NCBI GenBank assembly: GCA_035504595.1
Contig: DATJRQ010000006.1
Span: 39,366 to 103,365 of the forward strand
Length of the DNA stretch: 64,000 nt
Direction of reading: 5' to 3'
DNA from: Thermoplasmata archaeon
GTDB taxonomy: Archaea > Thermoplasmatota > Thermoplasmata > Lutacidiplasmatales > UBA184
Part shown: piece by piece, positions 33,675 through 43,519 of the stretch
Layout of the letters: every line of letters begins with the position of its first letter
Position numbering within the stretch: position 1 is the first letter of the stretch
Made by a program: the position numbers and the translations under genes
The notes under the pieces: generated by a model
The model's input: the letters and a program-made list of their open reading frames with translations, nothing else
Database searches by the model: none
Told to the model about the DNA's origin: nothing

Positions 33675-36122
33675 TTACTGGGCACCGGACGGCGGGGTCG
33701 GGAGCGGGGGTTGGCCGTCCCCCGAGCTCGCCGGGGCGGGGGCATCGCTCGCGGGGGCCCCCGAGCCTTCCTTCCACTCGGCCGCCGGCGCCGTCGTGGG
33801 CGCAGGGGCGGGCGGGCTCATCGGCTGCGTCGCCGTGTAGGTCGAGGTCGGGCTCTTCGGCGAGCGCCCGCGCCGGATCATCAGCACCAGCACGATCGCG
33901 ACGATGACGATCAGGAGCAGCAGGATCAGCCATCCGACGGTCAGGCCCGAGCCGGCCCCGAGCTCGTAGTTGAGCGCCGAGGGGCTCGGATTGACGCTGT
34001 AGGAGACCGAACTCGCCCCGTAGCAGGAGCGGTACTCGCAGTCGTTGTACGCTCCCACGCTGACGAAGAGGGTCTGCTGTCCCGCCGGCGTGCCGGACGG
34101 GATGGTGTACGAGAACGAGCCCGACATGTTCGACGTGACGACGGTCTGCAGCGGCGGTGCCTCGTAGTCCCAGCCGTTCGTGTTCCACAGCGCGACATAC
34201 CATCGCGAGTTGGTGCCCGCGCCGGCGCCCGAGGCGGCCGCGCTCCAGGTGACGGTGATCGTCTGGCCCGGCTGGAAGCTGCCATCCGAATACAGGGACG
34301 TGGTCGAGATCCCCACCTGGACGTTCAGCAGCGAGGCCTCATCGAGGTCGGTGTCGCCGTACGCGAAAATGCCGCTGGTGTTCGACTGGGCCCACGCCTC
34401 GATCTCGACCTCGGATGGGGCGATCGGACCCGGCACGAGTACCGTGAACGACGTACCGGAGATCGTACCGCTGGCGATCGGGGCGGAGTCGCTGTCTTCC
34501 GGATACACCGCGAAGAACTCGGTCGCGCCCGCGAACCCGGGGCCCTCGTTCTCCACGGTGACCGTGAACGACTGTCCCGGCGTGAACTGCGAAACGCTCG
34601 CCCGCAGGTCGATCGACGCGTAGTCGGCGCTCGTTTCGAACGTCTGCTGGATGCGGAACGAACCGTTCTGCGCCGAGATCGCGGTCCAGATGTCGCCGTC
34701 AAAGGCCGCCGGCACCGTGAACGTGATCGTGCCGGACGTACCCGTGAGGTAGCCGCTGGCGATCGAGATCGGCACAGTGTCGCCATAGTCCCAGGCCGTG
34801 ACGGAGTATCCCTGACCGGCCCAACCGGTCAGCGTTCCACCCGAAAGGGCCGAGAGGGACCAGTTGAAGGTGGCCGTCTGGCCCGCGTAGTAGTCCGCCG
34901 CACTGTAGGCGCCGAAGATCCCGACCAACGACGTGCCGGTCGGGGCCAGCGCGAACGCCTCGGAGTAGTTGTCCCAGACGATCGCCGACCCGTTCACGGA
35001 CGGGAGCGCCACGACACTGATGTTGAGGTAGTTGAGCGCGGTCGTCGAGAACACCGAGGGCGAGGCGATGAAGCTGAACTCCGTGTACCCGATCGCCCCG
35101 GAGACCAACGTGGACGGCGGGTTGCCCGGGACGGCGCTCGCCGGGATCACCCCGTTCAGACCGTAGAAGGAGACGTACATCGTGACGCCCGGGGCGTACT
35201 GGTATCCGTACCCTTCCGACCACATCCAGGGTACCGCCTCGACGTACACCTGCTGATTGGGGGTGACCAGGTCGCCGACGCACGCGCACTCCGGGTAGAT
35301 GTCCGTCGCGTAGTAGTTGGCGATCGCCGTCGAAAACTCCCCGGACGTGTTGAAGTGGAGCGAGAAGTTCCCGTCGCTGGAAACATTCGCCCAGACGTTG
35401 AAGAAGACCCATCCGTACTCCGAGGCGTTCAGGGGCATCGTGAACGTCGCCGTCGCGGACGCCGTCCCGGCACCCCACGAGTTCTGGCTCAGGTTGAGCG
35501 GGGCGTAGTGGCCGGTCGTTCCGTCCAAGTAGACCGCGCTCACGTTGACGCTCGAGACGTGGCTGTACGGCCCGCCTCCCGCGCTGGCGTTCACGAAGTA
35601 CGTGACCCAGCCCATCGCGTTCGGAAGCAGGACGGGGGAGGCGTGGGCCCAGAGGGTGTAGGTCTGGACCGTGAACGCCGTGCTCACGTTCCCGCCGACC
35701 GCGCCCGATGCGGTGATGTTCCAGGTGCCGCCGTACACGACCGACGACGGGATGGTGTAGGCAATGCCGTACAGGGGCGAGGAGTAGAAGCCCGAAGAGA
35801 CGTTCACGACCCAGGTGGCGACCGGGTTCGTGAGGCCGTCACGGGTTGCGTTCGAATCAAAGATGTGGACGGTGACGTTGGCGTCGTCCGCGGGGTCGCC
35901 GACGACGAAGTAGACCTGGCTCTCCGTGGTGCCGGGGTAGAAGGTGTACTCCGTATCGCCGTAGATGTCCGTCGGAGTGACCCCGATCACCGGGAGGTCG
36001 GGCCGCACCGCTGGGGCGAGGGCCCCGGTCGGGGCCCCATGCGAGCCCGAGGGGGCAATCGCCATCAGGGTCATCACGATCAGAATCGCCGTTACACACA
36101 GTGCCGCCAGTCGAGCCGCCAT
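33675..36122 (-). CDS. large sequon-rich surface (S-layer-like) glycoprotein candidate with C-terminal membrane anchor
   Basis: Track ORF 33675..36158, starting at ATG 36122 (MAARLAALCVTAILIVMTLMAIAPSGSHG signal). The ~750-aa Thr/Ser/Gly/Tyr-rich beta-type region has numerous N-x-S/T sequons. Ends with a TM helix, RRGR and a Pro/Ala-rich tail. No recognisable enzyme motif. Confidence 0.6.
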   Translation of the reverse strand: MAARLAALCVTAILIVMTLMAIAPSGSHGAPTGALAPAVRPDLPVIGVTPTDIYGDTEYTFYPGTTESQVYFVVGDPADDANVTVHIFDSNATRDGLTNPVATWVVNVSSGFYSSPLYGIAYTIPSSVVYGGTWNITASGAVGGNVSTAFTVQTYTLWAHASPVLLPNAMGWVTYFVNASAGGGPYSHVSSVNVSAVYLDGTTGHYAPLNLSQNSWGAGTASATATFTMPLNASEYGWVFFNVWANVSSDGNFSLHFNTSGEFSTAIANYYATDIYPECACVGDLVTPNQQVYVEAVPWMWSEGYGYQYAPGVTMYVSFYGLNGVIPASAVPGNPPSTLVSGAIGYTEFSFIASPSVFSTTALNYLNISVVALPSVNGSAIVWDNYSEAFALAPTGTSLVGIFGAYSAADYYAGQTATFNWSLSALSGGTLTGWAGQGYSVTAWDYGDTVPISIASGYLTGTSGTITFTVPAAFDGDIWTAISAQNGSFRIQQTFETSADYASIDLRASVSQFTPGQSFTVTVENEGPGFAGATEFFAVYPEDSDSAPIASGTISGTSFTVLVPGPIAPSEVEIEAWAQSNTSGIFAYGDTDLDEASLLNVQVGISTTSLYSDGSFQPGQTITVTWSAAASGAGAGTNSRWYVALWNTNGWDYEAPPLQTVVTSNMSGSFSYTIPSGTPAGQQTLFVSVGAYNDCEYRSCYGASSVSYSVNPSPSALNYELGAGSGLTVGWLILLLLIVIVAIVLVLMIRRGRSPKSPTSTYTATQPMSPPAPAPTTAPAAEWKEGSGAPASDAPAPASSGDGQPPLPTPPSGAQ

Positions 36123-36145
36123 CGGACTATCCTGCGAAGGTCCGA

Positions 36146-36153
36146 GTATAAGA
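36146..36153 (-). promoter_or_regulatory. TATA-like box (minus strand TTCTTATA) of the S-layer-like gene
   Basis: Plus strand gagTATAAGAAa at 36144-36155, 24-31 nt upstream of ATG 36122. Confidence 0.4.
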
Positions 36154-36292
36154 AACAAAGGTGCGTTCCGAAGCCTGCCTGCGACACCGTAGCACGCCGA
36201 CCGGGACGCGAAAGCGGGGAGCGAGGAGGGACCCGGGAGCCGTCTCCGAACCGCCTTTATGCCGGAATCGGGTGGGGCGCCCGAGGCGCGTC

Positions 36293-36973
36293 ATGGCAGA
36301 GATTCTTCCCGGAGTTCACATGGTGGAAGGCGTCGACCCGAGCCCGGACTTTTCGACCCACGTCTACCTCGTCAAGGACAAAGGCTCGACGTGGACGCTG
36401 ATCGACACCGGGCTGCCCGGTGCCCACGCCGCCATCGAGGCGTACCTTGCCAAGCACCAGATCGAGCCGACCTCGATCAAGAAGATCCTCCTCACCCACC
36501 TGCACCGCGACCACACCGGCTCGCTCAAGGCGCTCGCGAACCGGACGCGCGCGAAGACGTTCGCGCACTGGATCGAGGCGGCGTACATCGCGGCGGACCC
36601 GGCCTACACGGGGCCGGGGTCCCCGCCGCTGGAGCCGTTCACGGTCGATGAGACGGTCAAGGATGGGGACACCCTCGACGCGGCGGGGGGGCTGATCGCC
36701 TACCACACTCCCGGTCACACGCCCGGCCACACGTCCTACTACCAGCCGGAACGCAAGCTGCTGTTCTCCGGGGACCTGTTCTTCGTGAACGGAGAGAGTG
36801 TGACCCTTACCCCGGCGGAGTACACTCTTCACGTCCCAACAGCTCTCATTTCGGCCCGCCGGATGAACCAGCTCTCGGTCGACTCCCTCCTCAGCTACCA
36901 CGGGGGTCCCGTGCTGAAGAACGGGGGAAGGGCGATGCGCGCGTTCACCCACCCGGATTGGTCGGCGGACTGA
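36293..36973 (+). CDS. MBL-fold metallo-hydrolase
   Basis: C-terminal 226 aa of track ORF 36161..36973, from ATG 36293. Reads ...LIDTG...ILLTHLHRDHTG (HxHxDH) ...YHTPGHTPGH...SGD. Confidence 0.8.
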   Translation: MAEILPGVHMVEGVDPSPDFSTHVYLVKDKGSTWTLIDTGLPGAHAAIEAYLAKHQIEPTSIKKILLTHLHRDHTGSLKALANRTRAKTFAHWIEAAYIAADPAYTGPGSPPLEPFTVDETVKDGDTLDAAGGLIAYHTPGHTPGHTSYYQPERKLLFSGDLFFVNGESVTLTPAEYTLHVPTALISARRMNQLSVDSLLSYHGGPVLKNGGRAMRAFTHPDWSAD

Positions 36974-37008
36974 GCGAACGTCGGTCGCCCCGCCGCTCCG
37001 GGCGGCGA

Positions 37009-37083
37009 TGGGACTGGCCAGATTTGAACTGGCGTCTCGGAGTCCCGAACCCCGAAGGATGGACCAAGCTACCCCACAGTCCC
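37009..37083 (-). tRNA. tRNA-Pro (anticodon CGG)
   Basis: The reverse complement reads GGGACTGTGGGGTAGCTTGGTCCATCCTTCGGGGTTCGGGACTCCGAGACGCCAGTTCAAATCTGGCCAGTCCCA. Acceptor is GGGACTG/CAGTCCC, anticodon stem CGGGG/CTCCG, loop TT-CGG-GA (G37), and T-arm GCCAG-TTCAAAT-CTGGC. Confidence 0.85.
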
Positions 37084-37216
37084 AGACAGGGGTCGCGGAC
37101 CGCACTCCGCTATTTGAGCCCACGGTTCGGGGCATCGTGGGGGGCCGTGCGCAGGGTGTTTCTCGACCTCCCGGTCGTGGTATTCAAGCGCGCTCGTCCC
37201 TGTACCGGAGGGCTCC

Positions 37217-38554
37217 ATGTCCTCCTCCACCGTCCCGCCCATACCGGGCCTGTCCGCCCTCGAGTCGCTCTCCTGGAGCATCCCGGGCCTGCGCGAGGAC
37301 CCCTCCATGTGCATCCGGTGCCGCTCGGCGCAGCTGCTCTGCGGTAAGCCGGTCTGTCCGATCCTCGTCCGGTACAACGCGTTCGCCCGGACGCTCCCGA
37401 TGGTCAGCGGCCGCGACCTCTCGGGCAGCTCCCCTCCCGGCCTGTTCGTGGGGCGGTACGGGTACCCGAAGGTATCGATCGGGCCGCTGCTCAGCGCGGA
37501 GCACGGGTCGACGGAGCTGCTCGACACCCCCGAAGACTGGGTGGGCCGGCCGGTGACCGAGGTCGTCGGATTCCGCACGGGGCTCGTTCGCGGCACCTCC
37601 CCGATCCGGGTGACCGACGCCGAGAAGCCGATCCCGCTCCTCGAGGACCTTCAGCTCCTCGGGATCGCCGCGGAGTCCGCGGAGAGCGAGACCCACTTCC
37701 GTCGGGCGCCCCGGGGTCATCTCGCGATGTCCGACTCCGCTCCGCCGTTCGGGCCGTCGGCCCCGATCGAGAAGTTCCGGCTGGACGTCCGTCGGGTTGA
37801 CCCGCATCTCGACCGGCTGACGTCCGACACCGACGCGAACGCGCGGGTGGCGGTCGGCGAACTGTACCAGCGAGGGGTCCGGGTGAGCCGGATCCAACGG
37901 GCGTTCAGCATCGGCACCCTCGGTCGGACCGGTCGTCGGCGCATCGTGCCCACCCGATGGAGCATCACCGCGGTGGACGACCTCCTTTCGAAGCGCAATC
38001 TCGAGCGGGTCCGGATGTTTCCCGAGCTCTCCGAGATCCTCCTCTACCGGTTGACAGCGCTCGACAACCGATGGTTCCTTGCGTTCCTGCCGGGCGCCTA
38101 CCGCTACGAGTCGATCGAGGCGTGGTACCCGAACACCCTGTGGAACCCCGACACCGAGAACATCGTCATCATGGGCGACCACGAGGGGCACGACGGGCGG
38201 ACCACGTACGCCTCCATCGGAGGGTGCTACTACGCCGCGCGCCTCGCGACGAGCGAGGCCCTCCTGAAGCTCGGCCGGCAAGCGGGCGTGGTGGTGCTCC
38301 GGGAAGTGCATCCCGGGGAGATCCTGCCGCTCGGCGTCTGGAACGTCCGGGAGTACGTGCGGGCGGCGCTGCAACACCCACCGGAGCGGCTCGCGACCCT
38401 GGCCGAGCTCTCCGCCAAGATCCGGGAGACGTTCACGATCCCGCTCGATCGGTGGCTTCGGGCGAGCGCCGTCCTCCACGACGCCCGGACGCAGCGGCGT
38501 CTCGACGAGTGGGTGCACTCCGGACCCCCGGAGCACGCGCCGACCGCTAGTTGA
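37217..38554 (+). CDS. nreA: archaeal Nre-family DNA repair protein (DUF650/DUF651)
   Basis: 445 aa. N-terminal CIRCRSAQLLCGKPVCP zinc motif, ...SPPGLFVGRYGYPKV...IVPTRWSITAVDD...SIGGCYYAARLA.. as remembered for NreA homologues. Confidence 0.6.
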   Translation: MSSSTVPPIPGLSALESLSWSIPGLREDPSMCIRCRSAQLLCGKPVCPILVRYNAFARTLPMVSGRDLSGSSPPGLFVGRYGYPKVSIGPLLSAEHGSTELLDTPEDWVGRPVTEVVGFRTGLVRGTSPIRVTDAEKPIPLLEDLQLLGIAAESAESETHFRRAPRGHLAMSDSAPPFGPSAPIEKFRLDVRRVDPHLDRLTSDTDANARVAVGELYQRGVRVSRIQRAFSIGTLGRTGRRRIVPTRWSITAVDDLLSKRNLERVRMFPELSEILLYRLTALDNRWFLAFLPGAYRYESIEAWYPNTLWNPDTENIVIMGDHEGHDGRTTYASIGGCYYAARLATSEALLKLGRQAGVVVLREVHPGEILPLGVWNVREYVRAALQHPPERLATLAELSAKIRETFTIPLDRWLRASAVLHDARTQRRLDEWVHSGPPEHAPTAS

Positions 38555-39479
38555 AGTGGGCCCCACACCGACCGCAGAACGTGTCCGCCGCTACCCGCGG
38601 AGCCCCGCATTGGGGGCAGGCGGTGGGCGTTCGGGGGACGCCGCAGCCGCGGCAGAACGCGTCGTCCGCGGTGGTCGGGTACCCGCATTCCGGGCAGCGG
38701 GTCGCGCTCGCCGCCCGCTCCGCGGCCCGGTCCGGGTCGAGCGGGTCCCCGTCGGGCGCGAGGGGCTTCGAGCCCGGCGCGGGGCCGACCGCCCCGACGT
38801 TGCCCCCGAGCCCCCGTCGTCCCTTGAGGGCGTACGAGAACGCCTCGGAGTACCGCCCGCCGGAGTAGGCTACCTGCGCCTTCGTCTGGAAGTCGATCGC
38901 CGCCAGGGTCGCCGCGTCGGTGGGCCGGGACTGCTTCGCCTCGGCGACCTCGGAATCGAGGAGCCGCATCACGAACTGGGATTCCATCTGGTTCTTCGGA
39001 AGGCCGCCGGTCGGCGCCGGGGTCACGGCCGGGGTCGAGGGGGCCGGTCGGCCGCCCCCGTTCGACGGCGGCGGGTGGGTGGTCGTCCGGGCCACCATCG
39101 GCTCGGCCGGGGGCGCGCTCGCGCTCGGCAACGGGTTCCGGCCGTGCCGGACCGCCACGAGATTCTCATGGGCCGACTGGGCGAGCTCGTACGCTTCGGC
39201 GGTCTTGCCGAGGTCGAACGCCGCCTGGGCCCGCGCGATCATCGATTGCGCGCTCCCGACGTCCATCCCCTGCCGGGCGAGGATCGCGGCTTCGCGCCGC
39301 GCCATCTCGATCCGGTTGAACGCGCGGTCGGAGTTCAGCCGGGGGCTGTTCCGTATCTCCCCCAGCAGCTCGGCCTTGCGGCGACGGAGCCGTCGGACCG
39401 TGAACCAGAACGTCGCGAACGCGACGGCGACGAGCACCGCCACGACGACCACGAGCTCGTAGACCAGGTCCGACGCCAA
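38547..39479 (-). CDS. membrane-anchored protein with helical repeats and C-terminal double zinc ribbon
   Basis: 310 aa. One N-terminal TM helix, two Ala-rich helical repeat regions separated by a Pro-rich linker, and a C-terminus CPECG-x12-CRGCG-x8-CPQCG-x10-CGRCG. TTG start. Confidence 0.5.
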   Translation of the reverse strand: MASDLVYELVVVVAVLVAVAFATFWFTVRRLRRRKAELLGEIRNSPRLNSDRAFNRIEMARREAAILARQGMDVGSAQSMIARAQAAFDLGKTAEAYELAQSAHENLVAVRHGRNPLPSASAPPAEPMVARTTTHPPPSNGGGRPAPSTPAVTPAPTGGLPKNQMESQFVMRLLDSEVAEAKQSRPTDAATLAAIDFQTKAQVAYSGGRYSEAFSYALKGRRGLGGNVGAVGPAPGSKPLAPDGDPLDPDRAAERAASATRCPECGYPTTADDAFCRGCGVPRTPTACPQCGAPRVAADTFCGRCGAHFN

Positions 39480-39605
39480 GCGCCCTCGCCCCGCGGGCCG
39501 CGACCCGGACGTCCGCCGGGTCGTTCCCTGTCGGAGTACTGTGCTCCGCTCGGGTATTTAGACCGCAGGTTGCCGATGCGGGCGGTCCCGGGCCGTTTCG
39601 GCCGC

Positions 39606-40802
39606 TCAGAACACCGAGATCTTCCCCGTGAGGAGGCGCCGGGGGATCGTGTCGACCTGGTCCATCCAGCTGTTCGCGACCGCTTCGGCCTTTCCCTTGA
39701 CCGCGGAGAGCTTGACGCCCTCGACGGGGAGGATCTGGAGGCTCGCGACCTGCGGCTGGTCGACCGGCTTTCCGATCTGCGAGAGGATCCGGACGTGGAC
39801 CTCCTTGACGTTCCCGCCGGTCTCCTTGACGATGTCGTTCGCGATCAGGTTGCCCAGGATGTTGTAGATCTTCCCGACGTGGTTGACCGGGTTCTTCCCG
39901 GCCGACGCTTCCAGGCTCATCGGGCGGCACGGGGTGATCAGGCCGTTCGCGCGGTTGCCGCGGCCCACCGAGCCGTCGTCCCCGGCCTCCATCGAACAGC
40001 CGGTGACGGTGAGGTAGAAACGGCCCAGTTCGGGGTCGTCGGCGGTGTTGACGTCGATCGCGACCTCGCGCTTCGTGAGCTTCGCGGCCAGGTCGGCGAG
40101 CTGCTCCTCGACCTGGTCGCAGACGGCGCGGTACTCCTTCGGGTTCGCGATCTCACTGTCCACGAGCGCGGCCGCGACGGTCAGGCGGATCTTGTCGCCC
40201 TGGCGGTACCCCATCACCTTCACGTCCTCGCCGAGCGCGGGGAGCTTCTTCTTGAGCTTCAGCGTCAGAAAGTGCTCGCTCTCCAGGACCAGCCGCTCGA
40301 GGTCGGAGAGCGGGGCGAACCCGACGCCGAACGACGTGTCGTTCGACAGGACGTTCTTCTGCTCGAAGACGCCCCGCAGGTCGACCGATCCCTGGCCGAT
40401 CCGCGAGTCGAACTCGACATGCTTGTCGATGTCGATGTGGGCGCAGACGGACTGGACGTACTTGCGGGCGGCTTCGATCGCGGTGTCGTGGATCGGTAGC
40501 TTCTCGCCGTTGACCTCGCTCGTCGCGCGCCCGACGAGGAGCATGTAGATCGGCTTCGTGACGACCCCTCCGCCGAACTTCGGTTCGGAGGCGCCGCCGA
40601 CGACCTGCGTCTCGTCGGTGTTGTGGTGCAGGATGCGGCCGAACTCGTCGAGGTACAGGCGGGAAAGCGCCCGGGAGACCGACTCCGAGACGCCGTCGGC
40701 GATCGAGTCCGGGTGCCCCAGCCCCTTCCGCTCGACCATCTCGACGACCTGGTCCTCGATGTGAACGGTCCGGAGCGGCTCCACCTGGAAATTTCGGGGC
40801 AT
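39606..40802 (-). CDS. metK: archaeal-type S-adenosylmethionine synthetase
   Basis: Track ORF 39606..40811, starting at ATG 40802. Reads ...[15 protein letters not shown]....[13 protein letters not shown]...[11 protein letters not shown], characteristic of the archaeal MAT family. Confidence 0.9.
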   Translation of the reverse strand: MPRNFQVEPLRTVHIEDQVVEMVERKGLGHPDSIADGVSESVSRALSRLYLDEFGRILHHNTDETQVVGGASEPKFGGGVVTKPIYMLLVGRATSEVNGEKLPIHDTAIEAARKYVQSVCAHIDIDKHVEFDSRIGQGSVDLRGVFEQKNVLSNDTSFGVGFAPLSDLERLVLESEHFLTLKLKKKLPALGEDVKVMGYRQGDKIRLTVAAALVDSEIANPKEYRAVCDQVEEQLADLAAKLTKREVAIDVNTADDPELGRFYLTVTGCSMEAGDDGSVGRGNRANGLITPCRPMSLEASAGKNPVNHVGKIYNILGNLIANDIVKETGGNVKEVHVRILSQIGKPVDQPQVASLQILPVEGVKLSAVKGKAEAVANSWMDQVDTIPRRLLTGKISVF

Positions 40803-40883
40803 GCGGGTCACTTCGGTCGGCGGAGCCGGGGGTGGGTTTAACGGTTGCGCGAGTCGGGTACCCTCGAGCGCGCCGGACCGCCG

Positions 40884-42428
40884 TCAGGCGTTGCGTGCGG
40901 CGTAGAACGGTTTCCTCATGTGCGCGCCGTCCCGCTCGAAACCGCGAGCGCGGTAGTATTCGCGGGTGCCGACGGCACTGGTCACGTAGACGCCCCGGTA
41001 CCCCGCCGCTCGCAGTTCTTCCTCCGCCGCGTCGAGGAGGGCGCGACCGAACCCGCGATGCTGGTACTCGCTCGAGCGACCGGCGGCGGTGCCGACCGCC
41101 ACCTCGCTGCCGACCACCTTCAGCTCCCGAATGACGGGCTCGGGCAGGCCCCCGTCCGTGGTCCCCGAGGGCACCCGCAGCCGCAGGAAGCCGGCGACCG
41201 TGTCGGTCGCCTCGTCCTCCCACGACCAGAACACCTCCCGCCCCCCGTTCGCGGCGTACTCCGTCCGGTGCAGGGAGAACGCGTCGACGTCGGGGGTGGC
41301 GCGACGACCCGCCTCCCGGCACCGCAAGCACCGGCAGTCGGTTCCGTCGGCGCGCAACCGGGCCCGCGCCTTCTGGCGGATGTTGCTCGATCGGACCCCC
41401 GCCGCGACCAGCCGGGACGGGATGTCGCGCTGGATCCGCTGAATGCGCACCCACGGGGGGAGCCGCCGCTTCATCTCCGCCAGCACCCGGACGGCCGTCT
41501 CGGTGTCGTACGGGTCGTACCGCCCCGCCTTCCAGTCGTCATACAGGGGGGTGCCCGGGATCACGAGCGTGGGATAGATCTTGAGCAGGTCCGGCCGGAA
41601 GTCGGGCTCCTCCCACAGCCGGGCGAAGTCGGCGAGGTCCCGGTCGGGGTCCATCCCCGGCAGCCCGATCATGAGGTGGTAGCAGACCTTCAGTCCCCGG
41701 TCCCGCAACTCCCGGGTGGCGCGCGCGACATCGCCGGCGCTGTGGGCCCGGCCGACCGCCGTGAGCACCTCGTCGTGCAGGCACTCGACACCGACCTCCA
41801 CGCGGGTGACGCCCGCGTCCAGCAGGAACGGAAGGACCCGCCCATCGCACCAGTCCGGACGGGTCTCCACCGTGAGCCCGACCATCCGGTGCTCCGCGGT
41901 CTCGTTCCGTACGATCGCCTCCCCGAGCGAGGTCGAGGTCGAGCCGTTCAGTCCGTCGTAGATCCCGTGCAGCACGGTCTCCTGGTACGGCCGGGGACGC
42001 GACGGGAACGTGCCCCCCATCACGATCACCTCGACCTTGGACGTCGGGTGACCGATCTCGCTCAACGTCGCGAGGCGGTTGCGGGTGATCGCCGCGGAGT
42101 CCCAGTGGAACTGGGCGCCGCGCAGCGCCGACGGCTCCTCGCCGGTGTAGCTCTGGGGGCTCGCGTTCTCGACACCGCCCGGGCAGTACGTGCAGCGACC
42201 GTGCGGGCAGCGCGCCGGCGCGGTCATCACCGCGACGACCGCGACGCCGGACAACGTGCGGGACGGCTTGCGTCGGACCGCGCCGTCGAAGCGGCTCCGC
42301 TCGTCCGCGGGGAGCGAGCGGATCCAATCGACGTTGCTCGGCAGCGCGCCGCCCGGCTGGGCCTTGGCGCGCGCGAGCTTTTCCCGGTGGACCTCGTCGG
42401 GGGTCGGGGCGCTTATCGACGGAGCCAT
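40884..42428 (-). CDS. elp3: Elp3-family radical SAM/GNAT tRNA uridine(34) modification enzyme
   Basis: 514 aa. Reads ...VAVVAVMTAPARCPHGRCTYCPGG (radical SAM cluster) ...C-terminal GNAT ...EYQHRGFGRALL. Confidence 0.85.
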   Translation of the reverse strand: MAPSISAPTPDEVHREKLARAKAQPGGALPSNVDWIRSLPADERSRFDGAVRRKPSRTLSGVAVVAVMTAPARCPHGRCTYCPGGVENASPQSYTGEEPSALRGAQFHWDSAAITRNRLATLSEIGHPTSKVEVIVMGGTFPSRPRPYQETVLHGIYDGLNGSTSTSLGEAIVRNETAEHRMVGLTVETRPDWCDGRVLPFLLDAGVTRVEVGVECLHDEVLTAVGRAHSAGDVARATRELRDRGLKVCYHLMIGLPGMDPDRDLADFARLWEEPDFRPDLLKIYPTLVIPGTPLYDDWKAGRYDPYDTETAVRVLAEMKRRLPPWVRIQRIQRDIPSRLVAAGVRSSNIRQKARARLRADGTDCRCLRCREAGRRATPDVDAFSLHRTEYAANGGREVFWSWEDEATDTVAGFLRLRVPSGTTDGGLPEPVIRELKVVGSEVAVGTAAGRSSEYQHRGFGRALLDAAEEELRAAGYRGVYVTSAVGTREYYRARGFERDGAHMRKPFYAARNA

Positions 42429-43519
42429 GCCCGGCTCTCTCCCGTGATGAGATAGGGGGTACGACGCAGCTCGTCCAGCGTCCGTGAACCGGTAAGGAAC
42501 ATCGCGACCTTCAGCTCGTGCACGAGCTGCTCGAGCTCCCGTCGCGCCTCGTCGTAGCCCGTCGACGCCGCCTTCAGAACGCCACCGGCGGTGCCCGCCG
42601 CGGTCGCGCCGAGCGCGATCGCGCGCGCCACATCCAGGCCGGACCGGACGCCCCCGCTCGCGACCACGGGGAGTCCGAGGGGGACGAGCTCGAGCACCGA
42701 GACGGGAGAGGGGATCCCCCAGTCCCAGAACGTCTTGCCCACCCTCGCCTCCCGCTCCGCTCCCTGCTCCGCGGCGCGGAAATGTTCCACGGCGGCGAAC
42801 GAAGTGCCGCCGGTGCCGCTCACGTCGAACGCGCGCACATGGTGCTCGCGAAGCTGCTCGGCGACCTCCCGGGAGATGCCGGCGCCCGTCTCTTTCACGA
42901 GGACGGGGAACTGGTCGGCGAGCTCGCCGATCTTGTCGAGGCAGCCCCGCGCCCGGCGGTCGCCCTCGGGCTGGACCATCTCCTGGAGGAAGTTGAGATG
43001 GATCGCGAGCACGTCCGCCCGGATCAGCTCCATCGCGGCCCGAACTTCGCGGGGCCCGACGACGGTGTCACCGGGGCCCTGCGGGATGATCTGCGGAGCT
43101 CCGATGTTCGCGAACTTCAGCGGAACGTTGTGCTGCGCGATGGTCGAGTAGCTGTCCGGGTACTGGCCCTTCAGAACGGCCGCTCGCTCGCTTCCGACGC
43201 CCATCGCGACGCCGACCTCGGCCGCCGCTCGGGCGAGGTTGTCGTTGATCTTCGCGGCGTCGGGAAAACCGCCGGTCATCCCGGTGATGACGATCGGGGC
43301 GGCGAGACGCTTTCCCAGCAGGGTCACGGAGGTGTCGATGTCGGCGAAATCGACCTCGGGGAGCGCCTTGTGGAACAGCTGGATGTCGTTCCAGTACCGG
43401 TAGCGCCCCTCGACGTTCTGCCCGAGCACGACCTTGACGTGCTCGGCCTTCCGGTGGCTCAGGTCGAGTCCGGACGTGTCCGCGGGCTTATCCGGCCCGC
43501 GCGTGCGCCCAGCTCCCAT
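42413..43519 (-). CDS. fni: type 2 isopentenyl-diphosphate delta-isomerase (FMN-dependent)
   Basis: Track ORF 42413..43558. Start is ATG 43519, or alternatively 43558. Reads ...HRKAEHV...LGKRLAAPIVITGMTGG...VLVKETGAGIS...DVSGTGGTSF...ASGGVRSGLDVA. Confidence 0.85.
   Translation of the reverse strand: MGAGRTRGPDKPADTSGLDLSHRKAEHVKVVLGQNVEGRYRYWNDIQLFHKALPEVDFADIDTSVTLLGKRLAAPIVITGMTGGFPDAAKINDNLARAAAEVGVAMGVGSERAAVLKGQYPDSYSTIAQHNVPLKFANIGAPQIIPQGPGDTVVGPREVRAAMELIRADVLAIHLNFLQEMVQPEGDRRARGCLDKIGELADQFPVLVKETGAGISREVAEQLREHHVRAFDVSGTGGTSFAAVEHFRAAEQGAEREARVGKTFWDWGIPSPVSVLELVPLGLPVVASGGVRSGLDVARAIALGATAAGTAGGVLKAASTGYDEARRELEQLVHELKVAMFLTGSRTLDELRRTPYLITGESRAWLRR

Noticed and set aside
33141-36401. 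1086-aa plus-strand ORF antisense to the S-layer-like gene
   Set aside because: It has Arg/Gly/Asp/Val-rich repetitive composition and no motifs. The opposite strand encodes a signal-peptide/TM-bounded protein with a proper TATA box, and the MBL hydrolase occupies its 3' end in another frame.
39591-39603. Hairpin GGCCG-ttt-CGGCC just downstream of the SAM synthetase stop, considered as a terminator
   Set aside because: On the transcribed (minus) strand it is not followed by an oligo-T tract, which is the main archaeal termination signal. The stem is only 5 bp.
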